Shown one piece after another: positions 1-11,088 of a stretch of 23,158 bases of DNA; position 1 is the first letter of the stretch; each line of letters opens with the position of its first letter. Both the position numbers and the translations under genes were made by a program. Source of the stretch: Microbotryum violaceum (Eukaryota); assembly GCA_001244265.2 (NCBI GenBank), contig CDLV01000005.1, forward strand, positions 3,038,001 to 3,061,158. Direction: 5' to 3'. The notes below the pieces were generated by a model. It ran no database searches. It was not told the origin of the DNA and worked only from the letters and a program-made list of their open reading frames with translations.

Positions 1-284
1 CGTTCGGATCTACTGCCTACGTTCTCGTCCCCAAGGCGATTCGTAAGAAGCTCGATGACCATACTGTCAAGGGTACTTTCCTCGGCTATTCGGGGGAGTA
101 CAACTACAAGGTTCGCGTCGAACACGGTCGGTCTTTCAAGATCGTCGTCTCTTCCGATGTCACCTTCTCCGACAAGGCTCCTTCGATTGCGGACTCGGCT
201 GTCGAGCCTCGCATCTACGAAGTTGAACCTCTACAGGAACACGAGTTAGTACACCAACTACCGTTTCCTGGCTTGGAGCAGATT

Positions 285-420
285 CCGGCTTTACGGCCTG
301 CTCCCCTACCCGAGGCAGGTTTGGCTTTTCAGCCTGCGCTCTTTCCCGAGGCAGAAGTTCCGGCTTTACGGCCTGCGCTCGTACCCGAGCTTGGTCCGGC
401 TTTTCGGCCAGCTCCCGCTC
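285..420 (+). repeat. Degenerate 36-39 bp tandem repeat encoding a Pro/Ala-rich linker in pol
   Basis: Units start at 285, 321, 360 and 396 (ccggctttacggcctgc... variants). Translation: PALRPAPLPEAG/LAFQPALFPEAEV/PALRPALVPELG/PAFRPAP. Confidence 0.8.
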
Positions 421-2352
421 CTCTTCCTCGTTTCCAACATATGGACGATGACGACGTTGCTCCTCCTCCTTTCCCGGCTGTCAGTCCATTGGCCGAAGAC
501 GCTGAAGTTGAAGAGGACCCGATCGATCATTGACGCGAGGAAGCTGTTGAGGCTATCGGCAGTGACGACGACGACAGCCCTGCGGAACACGATCAACCAT
601 TACCTCCTGAGGATGGTTACGAGTATCGACCTTACCGTGTCGGCCGCAACCCTGGTGCGCTCGAGAACGTCGATGCAGGTAACATTTTACCGACTTGCCT
701 GCGTGCTCAGCATCACACAGGCGCCCTTCGTGTCGTGTCTACTCGCTCGGTCTACCGTCATCCACCAGAGCTCATTGCTATGGTTTCGTCTCGTCACCCC
801 CCGCTTCCCAAGAATTTTGTGGAGGCGATGGCCTCTCCTGAGGCCAAACACTGGATGGCCGCTTCTGAAAAGGAGTTGGGCTCATTCAAATTGCACAAGG
901 TCTTCAAGCTTACGAGGCTACCCACCGGGGCTCGCGCCCTGGGCTATCGTTGGGTGTTCACTCGCAAAGAAGACGCTGAAGGCAATATCATCAGCTACAA
1001 GGCTCGGCTCGTTATCCAAGGCTTCGCTCAACGACTTGGGATCGACTACAACGAGACGTTTGCTCCTGTCTCGTCGATCACGACGATTTTGTTTCTCATT
1101 GCCATCTCTGCCGCTCTCGGACTCGTCCTCGAACAGTTCGACTATGATTCTGCGTTTCTCAACGGGATCATGGAGGAGGATGTCTACATGAAGATTCCTG
1201 AAGGATGGACTGGTGGCTCTCAGCCCGGTCACGCTCTCAAGCTCCTTAAATCTATGTACGGCACCAAGCAGGCTCCTCGGCAATGGAACGCGGCTCTCCA
1301 CAAGCTGATGACGGATCGCGGCTATACGCGCTCCAATGTCGATGCTTGTCTGTACTTCAAGTATCATGGCAAGTCGTTCGCAATCATCACTTTGTACGTT
1401 GATGATGGGCTTGCTGCATCGAACAACCAGGCTTTTCTGGACTCCGAGATTTCGGCTTTCGATGCGGTCTACAAGCTCAAGCGACTTGGCCCGGTCAAGA
1501 CGTTCCTCGGTCTCGAGTTTATTCGTACCAAGGATTTCATCTTTGTCCACCAGTCTAAGTACATTAGAGGCTTACTCGAGCACTACACGTTCGAAAGCAA
1601 GTCGAAGAAGCCGGTCGCGACTCCAATGGAGGATCGCGTCGTTTCGTCTTCTACTGCTCCGTTCGCCGACATTCTCGTTTATCAATCGGCTGTGGGAGCG
1701 CTTCAATATGCTGCGCAACGTGTTCGTCCCGATATCGCGACTGCTGTTCGTGCGGTGGCGAAGTGCGTGGCTGCTCCAACCGAAGGAGACTGGATCTGCG
1801 TCAAGCGAATCTTTCGCTATCTTTCTGACACCGTCGACTATGGGCTACTCTACCGCGTAGGCGGTTCTACCAAATTCGAGGTGTACAGTGACGCGTCGTT
1901 TGGTTGCGATCACGACAACGGAAGATCTGTGGGAGCGTATGTCGTCATTATGGCTGGCGCTGCCATTTCCTGGAAGTCGAAGCAACAAACGATGGTCGCT
2001 TCTTCTACAGCAGAGTCTGAGACTCTGGCTGCTTCAACCGCAGCAAAGGAGGCTATCGGTCTTCGCAACCTGGCGTCCGAACTTCGCATCAATCAAGGTC
2101 AATCTACTGTTCTGCACAAGGACAACCAACCTTGCATCGATTTGGCGAAGAATCCCGGAGCTCGAGGTCGTACACGCCATTGGAATGTGCATCATTTCTA
2201 TCTACGCGAACGAATCGAGGTTGGCGATATCGATCTCCGCTACTGTCCGACCAATCTGAACACGGCCGACATTTTCACGAAACCCCTGCCCAAACTCAAG
2301 TTCGCTACGCATCGCGAGGGACTCGGGATGGTCTCGCTGGCTACCTTGGCAT

Positions 2353-2359
2353 GGGGGAG
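2353..2359 (+). other. Polypurine tract (plus-strand primer) of the copia element
   Basis: GGGGGAG directly followed by TGTCG at the end of RNase H, the typical copia PPT/LTR junction. Confidence 0.8.
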
Positions 2360-2705
2360 TGTCGTTTGATATGTGTCTGTGCCTGTGGTATCTGCGCGGA
2401 TGCGCGTGCGTTTAGTCATTAGTCACTTTGGTATTGTAGTTTGATCTGTTTAAGTTCGGGAGCGCGCGGGGCTTTCTTCCAGCGCGGCTGTTTACTCTTG
2501 ATAGCTTTCTCATCACTCGCTCTACATTGTGGTCCTGACTTCTCGGCGTCGTGCACCCTCACCTATCGGAAGGTTAGTTACTGGAATACTTATGATCACT
2601 CGCTCTACATTGTGGTCCTGACTTCTCGGCGTCGTGCACCCTCACCTATCGGAAGGCTTTACTTCCGCGCTCGCATCTTTTCTGCGTTAAAGGCATTGAA
2701 CGACG
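2360..2705 (+). repeat. 3' LTR (start well supported, end uncertain: CA at 2674-2675 or about 2705)
   Basis: Begins with TG right after the PPT. TTGAACGACG (2696-2705) is a 7/10 inverted match to the LTR start TGTCGTTTGA. There is no 5' LTR in the window to confirm the end. Confidence 0.6.
2512..2656 (+). repeat. Perfect 62-bp direct repeat inside the LTR (2512-2573 and 2595-2656, 21-bp spacer)
   Basis: ATCACTCGCTCTACATTGTGGTCCTGACTTCTCGGCGTCGTGCACCCTCACCTATCGGAAGG occurs twice, 83 bp apart. Confidence 0.95.
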
Positions 2706-4256
2706 CCGAACTGGGGGCTGGAGGGGCGCCCTTCGATGCGACTTTGAAACTTCATTGAGGCGCCATGGAGCCATTTTCCAGGTGCATAACTTTTTATTCG
2801 CGTTTATTGCCCAGCTTCATGACTAGCTACTCGTTATATACGTTTCCCGAGCGCACCCATTGCACGTTCCATCGTGATGTCAAATTGAACGCGTTACCGA
2901 TTGGATCAGTGGTCTTTTGATGTGGCTTGACCTTGGCAATTCCACACCAAGATACCCCACTCGCGGTATCAAATTCTCTCGAAAGTGTCAGAACGGGTCT
3001 GCCGACAGATGAAAAGATCGATTTGACCCTCCACGCTCACTCTCTCGTCGCTCTCCTTTCACAAAAATAAATCGTTCACGCGACCGAGCTTCGGTGGAAT
3101 ACCCGAGGCGCTTAACGTCTGAGCTCACCGGTCCGCTTGGGAGATCTCTTTCGTCAGCGCTTCGTTTCGGTAGGCGTATTGTCATGTGATCAACCGTACC
3201 GTCCTCGCGTTTTTTCAGGGGCTTTCGCACTCTGGTCGATGTACCTCGGTTGCGGACGACCCGGTGGGCGGCGGATGGTTGCCCCGCCGTATTGTCCAAC
3301 GAGAAGCGCCAGGCGTCTCGATGCTCCTGAGCGGAAACTCGAATCACTCTTTGCACGTCGAGTAAGGTCGTCGATGTTGCGAGGTCTTGTCTCCTTCCCG
3401 ATCGTTGCTTTCATTCATCCCCTTCACCATTTCACCACCGCAGTTGCGCTCTGAGCAAGCAGTATGCTTCGATCGACGAAACTTCCCGCCCTCCTCCCGC
3501 TCCTCGCGTGGCTCGTCACTCACTCGACCCCTATTCAAGCGTGGTCCTTCTGCGTGTACGTAATCGTAACCGTGTTCCCCCAAAAAACGATAACGTCTTC
3601 TCAAACTTCCTTACACTCCATTCATTTCATTATCTCGTCCGACAAAAAGGTTCGGCAATTCCGCCGGCGAACTCGCAACCTGCTCAGGGCTCTGTCAACT
3701 CACGTGTCATGATCCCAAAATGGGTAAAGTCGAGTCAAGTCACCCTTCACCTCGCCCCCGACCCCTTTCCGGAACTGAGTTCTCTTGAATACTGATACTC
3801 TCGGTGATGAAAATATAGTAAGCAATGTGCTGATCACTGCCTAGGATCATTCGGACCGATGCGTAATCACTTCGCCGAAAACGAGTGCCTATCGACGTGC
3901 GATTTGGACATCAAAGCTTGTGCTACTATGTCAGTACTGATCAGCCCGAGGAATGTAGCCGAGTAGAGGGGGTTTCCATTGACTTTGACTGGGTCTTCCC
4001 CCTTTCTTCAGGAACGGCCACGACAATTCGCAGCGGAACAGATGCAACCTTTGCAAACAGGATTGCAACAAGTGGTTCGGTAAGGCGACGAAGTAGGCCG
4101 CAGCGCCGCTGAGAAAGGGGCCCGTACGAGTCGCTCAGAGGCCCGAGGGTTATTTCGCTGCGGCAATTCTAGATCTTCTCTCGACATACCCGTAGCTCGC
4201 GTCTCTGCTCGTGCATGAATTTGGAATAACATTCGTGTTTGTCGTTATAGCGTCTT

Positions 4257-6014
4257 TCATTCCCACACCCTCGCCTTCTTGCTTAGACGCATCGGGAAAG
4301 TCTGCAACTGAACCTGCAGTTGTCCCTGCCCTGCTTCCTGGGCCCTGTCCTTACAATCCCCCCTTTCCCCATTCCTACACCTCTTCATATCTCCGTCCAT
4401 ATTCACATCCGTGTTCAAATCCACGTCCGCTCCACTTCCTTTCGTCGTAAATCTCCCCTCACCTCCTAACCCACCACTAAACCCCTCTTTCCCTTCCCCA
4501 TCCCTATTCCCAAATTCCCAAAGCGCTGTTCTCAGATTAGCGCAAATCCGTCGACTTTCGTCCAAAGCGGATTTGAGAGTTTCGACTTGTACTTCGAGGT
4601 CGTGCGCGTGTTGACGACTTTGTTGGAGAGCGTGATGAAGGGAGGGGAGGGAGGGTTCGTCAGAGGAGGTCGAGGGTGGAGGGGATTCGGCAAGGTGTCG
4701 AGGCGGTGGGAAAGGTTGAACTTTGGGGAGATCTCGGTCCGGTAGGGTGGCGTGACATCTTGAACAGGGTAAAGAGGAAGAAGAGAACAGAGCGCGTGGT
4801 TTGTAGAAAAGTTCACGTTCGAGCTGGTCGATGCGTTGGAGGTGCTTTTGCTCGCGGACTTGATATTCTTCCACGAGGCCAGCTTTGGTTTCAAGGTCCC
4901 TGTTCAGCATAGGGGGGCGGTATCAGTTCAGGATCATCATCAAAAAGTCTGTAAAAATGACGCACTTCACGTGTTTTTCTCTTCTCTCCCGGAATGCCCG
5001 CTGCGCTGCACGGTTCTGCACCGCTCGTTCTGAAAAGAGTAGTAGCCAGTCTTCGGGGGTCAGCTCCGCTCAACTATCTCATAGGATCCTTCGTCTACTT
5101 CTGAACGTACTATTCGTCTTCAAGCCCGTGCCCAAAGGATTTGCCTTTGAATACGGTTCATTCGGATTCAACAGATCGACATCGTCCTGACTCGCGGCGA
5201 CACTGGTTGAATCTGGGCTGGACTCCGCAGGTGGCGGTGAGGCTTCGAGCGAAGGGTGATCGATCTGGAGGGATCGAGGGGAGGGGAGGATCGGTCGGGG
5301 TGGGTTGGGGTGGGAAGGTATGGAGTTTGAGTACGGAGTTGGGATGAGGATATGTTTTGAGGCTGTGTGGCTGAGGCAGGGGCGATGGTGATGCTGCTGC
5401 TGCTGCTGCGCTGAGGTTGAATTCGGGGACACCGAGCGTGAGCCTGAGGCTATTGGGGCCGGTGTGAGTGTAGGCGAAAAATCATGGGATGGGACGAGCG
5501 GTGTAGGTGCGAAAGGGTTGAGATCAGGCGAGATGGCCAAGGTAGTGGCTACTGGTGTAGGTGGCATTTGCTGAGTCAGCACATGCGATCGTGCTGTTGT
5601 GCCATCCGCGGCGGCGGGTGTGCCGGCCATTAGGTGAGCCGCCGACTCGGATCCGATCTGTGTCATCGCGGCGGAGTGATTCCGAGTCGCTGATCGTGCA
5701 GCAATCGTGCGATCGAGTGGCGTAGAAGTAGTGTCTATCGTAGTGGGAGGGCTGGCCTGTGCTTGCGCGAGTCCATGCATTGCTGTTGAGCGCTGATCAG
5801 CGTGACTGTTGTGACCACCCGGGCCGGCGTGATTGGTGCGGTTGCCGTTATTGCTGGCGGTGGCGAGCTCACTGAGCTGCTGCAACGCCGAGATCCCGCC
5901 GGCGCCGGCGCCGCGGCTCGTGCTTGTGCTCTTGCTGGGATTAGAGCTCGAGCTAATAAAGCTCGGGCGGTGGTGGCTGCTGCTGTCCTTGACGCCGACA
6001 GCGGCGTCCGACAT
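4257..6014 (-). CDS. Yap/AP-1-type bZIP transcription factor, about 536 aa; exons 6014-5111, 5029-4966, 4899-4257
   Basis: Splicing GTACGT..TTTTCAG and GTGCGT..GAACAG introns gives KTNKRAVQNRAAQRAFRERREKHVKDLETKA, the Yap-family basic region (NRAAQRAFRER) plus a zipper. Phases are consistent (904+64+643 nt). The N-terminus is long and low-complexity with a poly-Q/H tract. Confidence 0.88.
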
Positions 6015-6190
6015 GGTGGATGAACGGGCGGAACCAGTCTGGAGTGTGGTGTGTGCCTCTAAAAAGCTGAGCTTCCAGTTGAAAGCAGCGATCCCCAGGT
6101 GGTGAGAGGTGTCACACCCCAAGTCAATGGGCAAATGGGAGGAGCAAGCAAGCAAAACTCGGCAGAGCCTGGGCCCGGCCCACGAATGGA

Positions 6191-6221
6191 TGACTAAGGC
6201 CCCCTAGCGCGAATTACATAA
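6191..6221. promoter_or_regulatory. Candidate bZIP sites TGACTAA (6191-6197) and TTACATAA (6214-6221) upstream of the bZIP gene
   Basis: TGACTAA is a known Yap response element variant, and TTACATAA is one mismatch from TTACGTAA. Both lie 180-210 bp upstream of ATG 6014. The motifs are short and function is not shown. Confidence 0.35.
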
Positions 6222-7288
6222 GGGGCGCTGGCGTTGTCTAGGAAGCGCCAACCTTGTCAGCTTAAGGCGCGCGCGCGAGCGAGGCCCAGCCCGTTGGCAA
6301 AGGCGTGGGGGAAGTTGGTGCAAAGGTGGGGGGGTGGGGCGGGGAAAACTTTACCCAAGGCCCAACAGGCTATAGGTCACGTGGCGCCCAGGGCGTGACG
6401 ATCGCCCGGACCTTTTTCTTTCTCGGCATCCCATGTCACGTTCAGTTAATCAATTGTGCGACGGTGTTCAGAATCCAAAATGTGCTCTGACGAATACGAG
6501 CGCGACGAAACGGTCCTTGAGAAGTGTACTTCAAGATTCCGAGCCTCCGGCCTGGCAGCCTGCAGGTTCGACGTCCCATTTCTCAGGCTTTGGCGTTGAA
6601 CACGACTACGTTCACTTGGAACAACTGTCCTGGCGACACCACGCATTCACGACTTTAAGAGCTCGACAAAAAAGTACGATGACATCATGTATCGCCGGCA
6701 ACTTCCTGACCATGGCTCACGGCCCTTACATGGCCATGGCGGTGACCAATCACCGAAGGGCGAATGCCGAAATACTCTCCTCTCGGAGTCGAGTTGAGTT
6801 GCGATGCGCTTGCCGCTTTGGTGCAGTGATCTTGCCGATTCCTCGGAGTACGTAACCGATCCTCTCCGAGAGCGAGAGTCGAGAGAAAGCTTGAAAAGCT
6901 GGTCAAGGCGATCATGGGCAATGCGGATAATGATAATTTAGCATTATAGCTGGGGAAAGGATTGTCGCTTTGATTGCGTTGGTAGGGGGTGGGGTGAGAA
7001 AGGAGCTCATTTCGGCACTCGGCCTCGACGGCGCTTTGAAAGCGCGCCGAGAAGTTGCTTTTCGTCGATCGTGGGTTTCAAAGAACACCAAATCCTAGTC
7101 ATCACCGATCGGATCTCGCCGGCTCGGGCCGAGGAACTTATCATCGGCGCCGGATGGATTTGCCGGTGCGACCGCTTCTCACGATCTCACGGGCTTTGGC
7201 GCGGCTCGGGCTGGCTTGTGCTCCGTGCCCCCACTTTCACTTTGTCCGCCCCTCGCACCGGCTCGAAAAGTGAGAGCCGCTCAAATCA

Positions 7289-8446
7289 ATGGTCCTACCC
7301 GATTTGGATACGCAATTCTTCGTGCCGAGTTTGAAACGCGCAAAAACGAATTTCAAAGGCTCGTCATTAATTCTGGTCAGTTGAAATCCGGGTCGCGTCG
7401 TCATCGCTTTGAGAAGAGCAGCACCCTGACGCGTCGCCCGATTCCCACTCACCCAATTGCATTACACAACAACCACCACCTATTTTGGCAAAAAACAGCC
7501 TCAACCTTCCCTAGGCTCCCTCCCTCAACTCGCATTGGATCTTTACGTGCACACGTTCCAACTCGAGCTCGTGGGCTCTGCCGCGTTGAGGGATACGATA
7601 CCCTGTGTTGGCGGAGTGGATGTGGTCGAGGGTGAGGAGAGGCAAAGTGTACAAGGTGGTTTCAGTTGGGCTACACAAGGTCCGTCTTTTGGTGCGGTTC
7701 AGCTGGTATGTGGAGCAGGAATTGAACCAGTCTGAGGAACTCCCCCACCCAGTTTATCAAACGCCTTCCAGCGCAAGCAACGGTGATTCAATCACCCTGC
7801 TGCTGCCTCGAGCACCGATCATTCAAGCGAGGAAACGGCACTACTTTGATGCGTTGACAGCGTGGATACGACAGTCCGAGTTCAGGGACGTCTTGATCGT
7901 TGGCGCTGTCGATGCAGCGATGCGTGGCGACGAGGGCTTGAGAGAGTCAGTTGCCAGGTTATAGGCCGTCGTTTACCTGATCAAACTGCTCATGACGTGG
8001 GACTTTTTGGTGGACGCTGTAGAACCAATCCCTTTCGATCGATCGTCCTCCCGACCCGAGAAGGTGCCGACCTCTCACCCCTCCTCGAGCGACTATCGAA
8101 ATCCGTACGACCCTATTTCGAAGCATCAGATCCATCACTGAAGATGATGATCCCCGCAATCCCACATGGCGGTCTAACGCGATCCCTCTTACAACACTTG
8201 TCTACCTCGGAGGACGGAGCGTCGCTCCCACCTGTCGGAGCGTTGTTGGTCTATACCGCCGAAGGAGAGAACGAGGTATTGGCGAAAGGATTGGGGGAGG
8301 TGTTTAGGTCTTTGATCATTGGTATCGACGGTAGTGATCTCGCTGGGACAGGGAGTGGGACGAAGTGGAAGGTCCCGAAGAGTTGGAGGCTGGGTTTGAT
8401 GGGTGAGGAGTTGGGTAGTCAGAGGAGGAGCGAGATGTATGGCTGA
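7289..8446 (+). CDS. Proteasome assembly chaperone 2 (PAC2/PSMG2 family), about 294 aa; exons 7289-7375, 7499-7679, 7753-7945, 8023-8446
   Basis: Spliced product MVLPDLDTQFFVPSLKRAKTNFKGSSLILPQPSLGSLPQLALDLYVHTFQLELVG...RAPIIQ...VLIVGAVDAAMR...GGLTRSLL...AEGEN...WKVPKSW...MYG. This fits PAC2 motifs and ends in an HbYX-like tail. All introns are GT-AG and phase-consistent. Confidence 0.85.
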
Positions 8447-9335
8447 TTGAAGGTGGGTCGGTGTCAAGTCGGTGGGTGTGGAGAGCTCGGTGTGGCTGGA
8501 ATGTAGACAAGAGTCATCATGCGTGGAACGGCAATGAGCGAGCCGATATCGACTCTTGGGTAATCAATTTGACAACAGCCATCTTCAACGCGTGCTAGAG
8601 AGTACACATACGGTTCCGATCTGCGCACTGGCTGCCTATCGCTTCAGACTCGAAGAATAGCTCATACTTGACCACAGGGCCTTTCAACGAACCATGGAAA
8701 CCCTTTTTGAGCATTGCTGGACAGCGTCCAGTCCACGCAGGTTTCTAAGCGTATGTCGACTCGCAAGAGCCTAGAGACCTCAGCTCGGCAGGCCGCCTAC
8801 ATGTCGAACCTCATGAGCGGGCCGTAGGGGTCTTGACAGCTTGCTAAACACGGGTTGGTAGGATTGTATTTGTTAAGGCGTTGAAGTAAAAGGGAGTTGC
8901 GGAAGTCAATCTGAAATGGGCTAACTTCCAAGTCGTTGAGATGCCTGACGAAAGAAAAATTTGTGCGCCTATGACGAGCCACAGCCGTTTTCCTTTCGTT
9001 CTTTCTATGAGCTTATCGGACACGAGTTTGTTTTTGTTCGCTCGATTGTCTCGTCACTTCGTTACAGCCGAATCGAAACCCGCCGGAGCGGAATCGAACT
9101 GAGTGGACTTTTCTTCCGCAGCAGTCCGAGTCGATCGAACAATTCGATAACGACTCATTTCGCTGACGAGATGCTCGAGAGCGCAAGACTTCCCAGCAAT
9201 GAAGGGAGACAGATCTGACCAGAGTGTATTGAAACCAGGAGTTCGAAGGGTGTTCATCAATCAAGACGCGATTAGCAGCGTTGCAGATTCTCTAACCCGA
9301 ATTGATACGGGCCTTGGTCAGTCTGCTGCACATTC

Positions 9336-10855
9336 CTACGTATCCCCACCGTCCACCTTATCCGCCGCGCCTGTTCCTACTCCCGCTACGACACCCGAAC
9401 CTCTCTTCCTCTTCCTCTTTCTCTTCGCGCGTTCCCCACTCCCTTCCCCGGCCTCACTCGTGCCCACCGAAAGCGCCATAACCCCTCTCTCCGCCCCTCT
9501 CCTCGACGAACTCGTCACAACGACAGCCTCATTCTCCGCCCTCCTCTTCTTGCGATCGAAACCACTCTGCGTCCCTTGATTGAGGTCCGAATTGTCTTCG
9601 GAACGAGGTCGTTTCTTCCCCTTTCCCGAGCCAGAGCCAGAACTGGGGTCGGAGGCGTTGGCGTTGGTAGTTCCGATGGCAGGTTTCTTCTTCTTCTTCT
9701 TGATCGATAAAGGATTCGGACCGCTAGGACCTTTCGGTCCTTTTTTCTTCTTCTTCGGTACTACGACCTCCATCTTACCCACTCCTTCCTCGGGTAAGGT
9801 CGAAGTAGAAGCGTCGTTCGAAGCTTTGGTGAGGTTCGAAGAGTTGTAGGAATCGATCAAAGAGGTCGAATTCGAAGTCGAAGGGATCGAACCTTGCGAT
9901 GCTAGAGTAGCAAGTTCGAACGAAGGTACGTGTAGTTTGGCGTTCTCCATCTGTGTAGGTGAAGACACTTTTTTTTAAATGTTACTTCGTGCGTGGAAGG
10001 GTTTAGAGGTGAGGGAGGAGGAAGACTTACGGCTAGCTTTTTCTTCATCGTTTGGTCAGAGGGGGATTCGAGTAACACGACTGAACGGTTGAGGTAAACG
10101 ATCGGTAGACCGGGAACGGTGCGTAAGTGTTTACGCAAGGTGAGGGATTGGGTCGCGATGACGTAGCGGTGCGGATTGTCTTTGCCTGGGCCCACAGGCG
10201 GGGGGGAGGAGCGAAAACGTGTCAGTGAAGAGGTCCGAGGAAGAGGTTCGGGGTGATAAAAAGGGACGGCTCACCTGCCATAGCGGTCAGACATTGTTCT
10301 GCGGGTCGGGCTTTGAGATGGTTGCACTTTCGTCGTTCGAATTCCTTGGCGAGGTTGACGCTTGGTTGACCCGACGGTCCGAGGTCGTACAGGACTTGCA
10401 TGCAGCATTGGGTGATCACTGGTGGGGGCGGGCCAACGCTGTGAGGGCGATCAGTGGACGAGACTGTCGCATAGGATGCACAGTTGGACTGACTGGGTTT
10501 CAACGTCCCCTGTAGCACGTCCATCAGGCGGGCTTGGAGGTCGAGTTTTTGAGCGACGATTGCGTTGACAAACTCGGCGTCAACTGCAGAGCGGAGGTTG
10601 GCTCAGTACGGCGCGGGAGAGAGAGAGAGGAAGGGAGAGTGCCTACTAGAACGTACCGAGGAGTTGGTAGGGCTCCCTGTAACAAGTCGTACGAGGTAAC
10701 AAGCGGGACAAGCAGCAGTTTGGCGCTAGGGATCAAGTCAGTTCACCAGGGCGCGGTGGCAGAAGGTGACCGTCTGGGGTAACTGACCTGAACTTGAAGC
10801 TGGACTGGTACATCTGCATCACCTTGCGGTACGACTTGACTCGCTTTTGGCGCAT
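9336..10855 (-). CDS. UTP23: rRNA-processing PIN-domain protein Utp23 (Fcf1 family), about 363 aa; exons 10855-10788, 10676-10657, 10583-10494, 10418-10275, 10185-10031, 9950-9336
   Basis: MRQKRVKSYRKVMQMYQSSFKFREPYQLLVDAEF...KPMITQCCM...FERRKCNH...NPHRYVIATQ...LRTVPGLPIVYLNRSVVLLESPS, plus the Utp23-typical C-terminal KGPKGPSGPNPLSIKKKKK. Five GT-AG introns, phase-consistent. Confidence 0.93.
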
Positions 10856-11088
10856 GGTGGCAGGGAGGTGGAACTCGAGATGGGGGTATGGCGTAGAAGG
10901 TGCGCGGATAGGAGGTTGGATGTGTAGTTGGAAAGTTTGGTTGGTGCTGACCGCGTATCGCAACGCTGCGGCGAGTAACGCTGGTGACGTCTTGCGCGCG
11001 GCGGCTCGCGGCGGTCTGTGCGCGCCTGCGAAGCTTGACCGGGCTCGACCCAGCCAGCTCAAGCGCAGAGAAGCGCCGACTCGAGCTG

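Larger units (their letters stand above)
3..2369 (+). pseudogene. pol: copia pol polyprotein (integrase SH3-like tail, RT, RNase H) with one in-frame TGA at 531-533
   Basis: Frame 3 from position 3 reads FGSTAYVLVPKAIRKKLDDHTVKGTFLGYS (copia integrase C-terminal region). It is open to TGA 531-533 and continues in the same frame into ORF 735-2369. RT motifs: [46 protein letters not shown]. RNase H motifs: [24 protein letters not shown]. Confidence 0.93.
1..2705 (+). mobile_element. Ty1/copia LTR retrotransposon, 3' portion (cut by the window start)
   Basis: Domain order integrase C-terminus > RT > RNase H is the copia order. It is followed by a GGGGGAG polypurine tract and a TG-starting LTR. 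The right boundary is approximate. Confidence 0.95.

Noticed and set aside
391-2422. Alternative-frame and antisense ORFs over pol (391-1191, 918-1550, 1336-1860 and others)
   Set aside because: Shadow ORFs of the pol codon bias.
2988-4232. Short ORFs between the LTR and the bZIP gene, including a signal-peptide-like start at 3464 (MLRSTKLPALLPLLAW...)
   Set aside because: No recognisable domain, and I could not build a consistent spliced model. Left unassigned.
6433-7273. ORFs in the bZIP-PAC2 intergenic region and a GGTTCGA (tRNA T-loop-like) motif near 6564
   Set aside because: No protein motif and no cloverleaf could be built.
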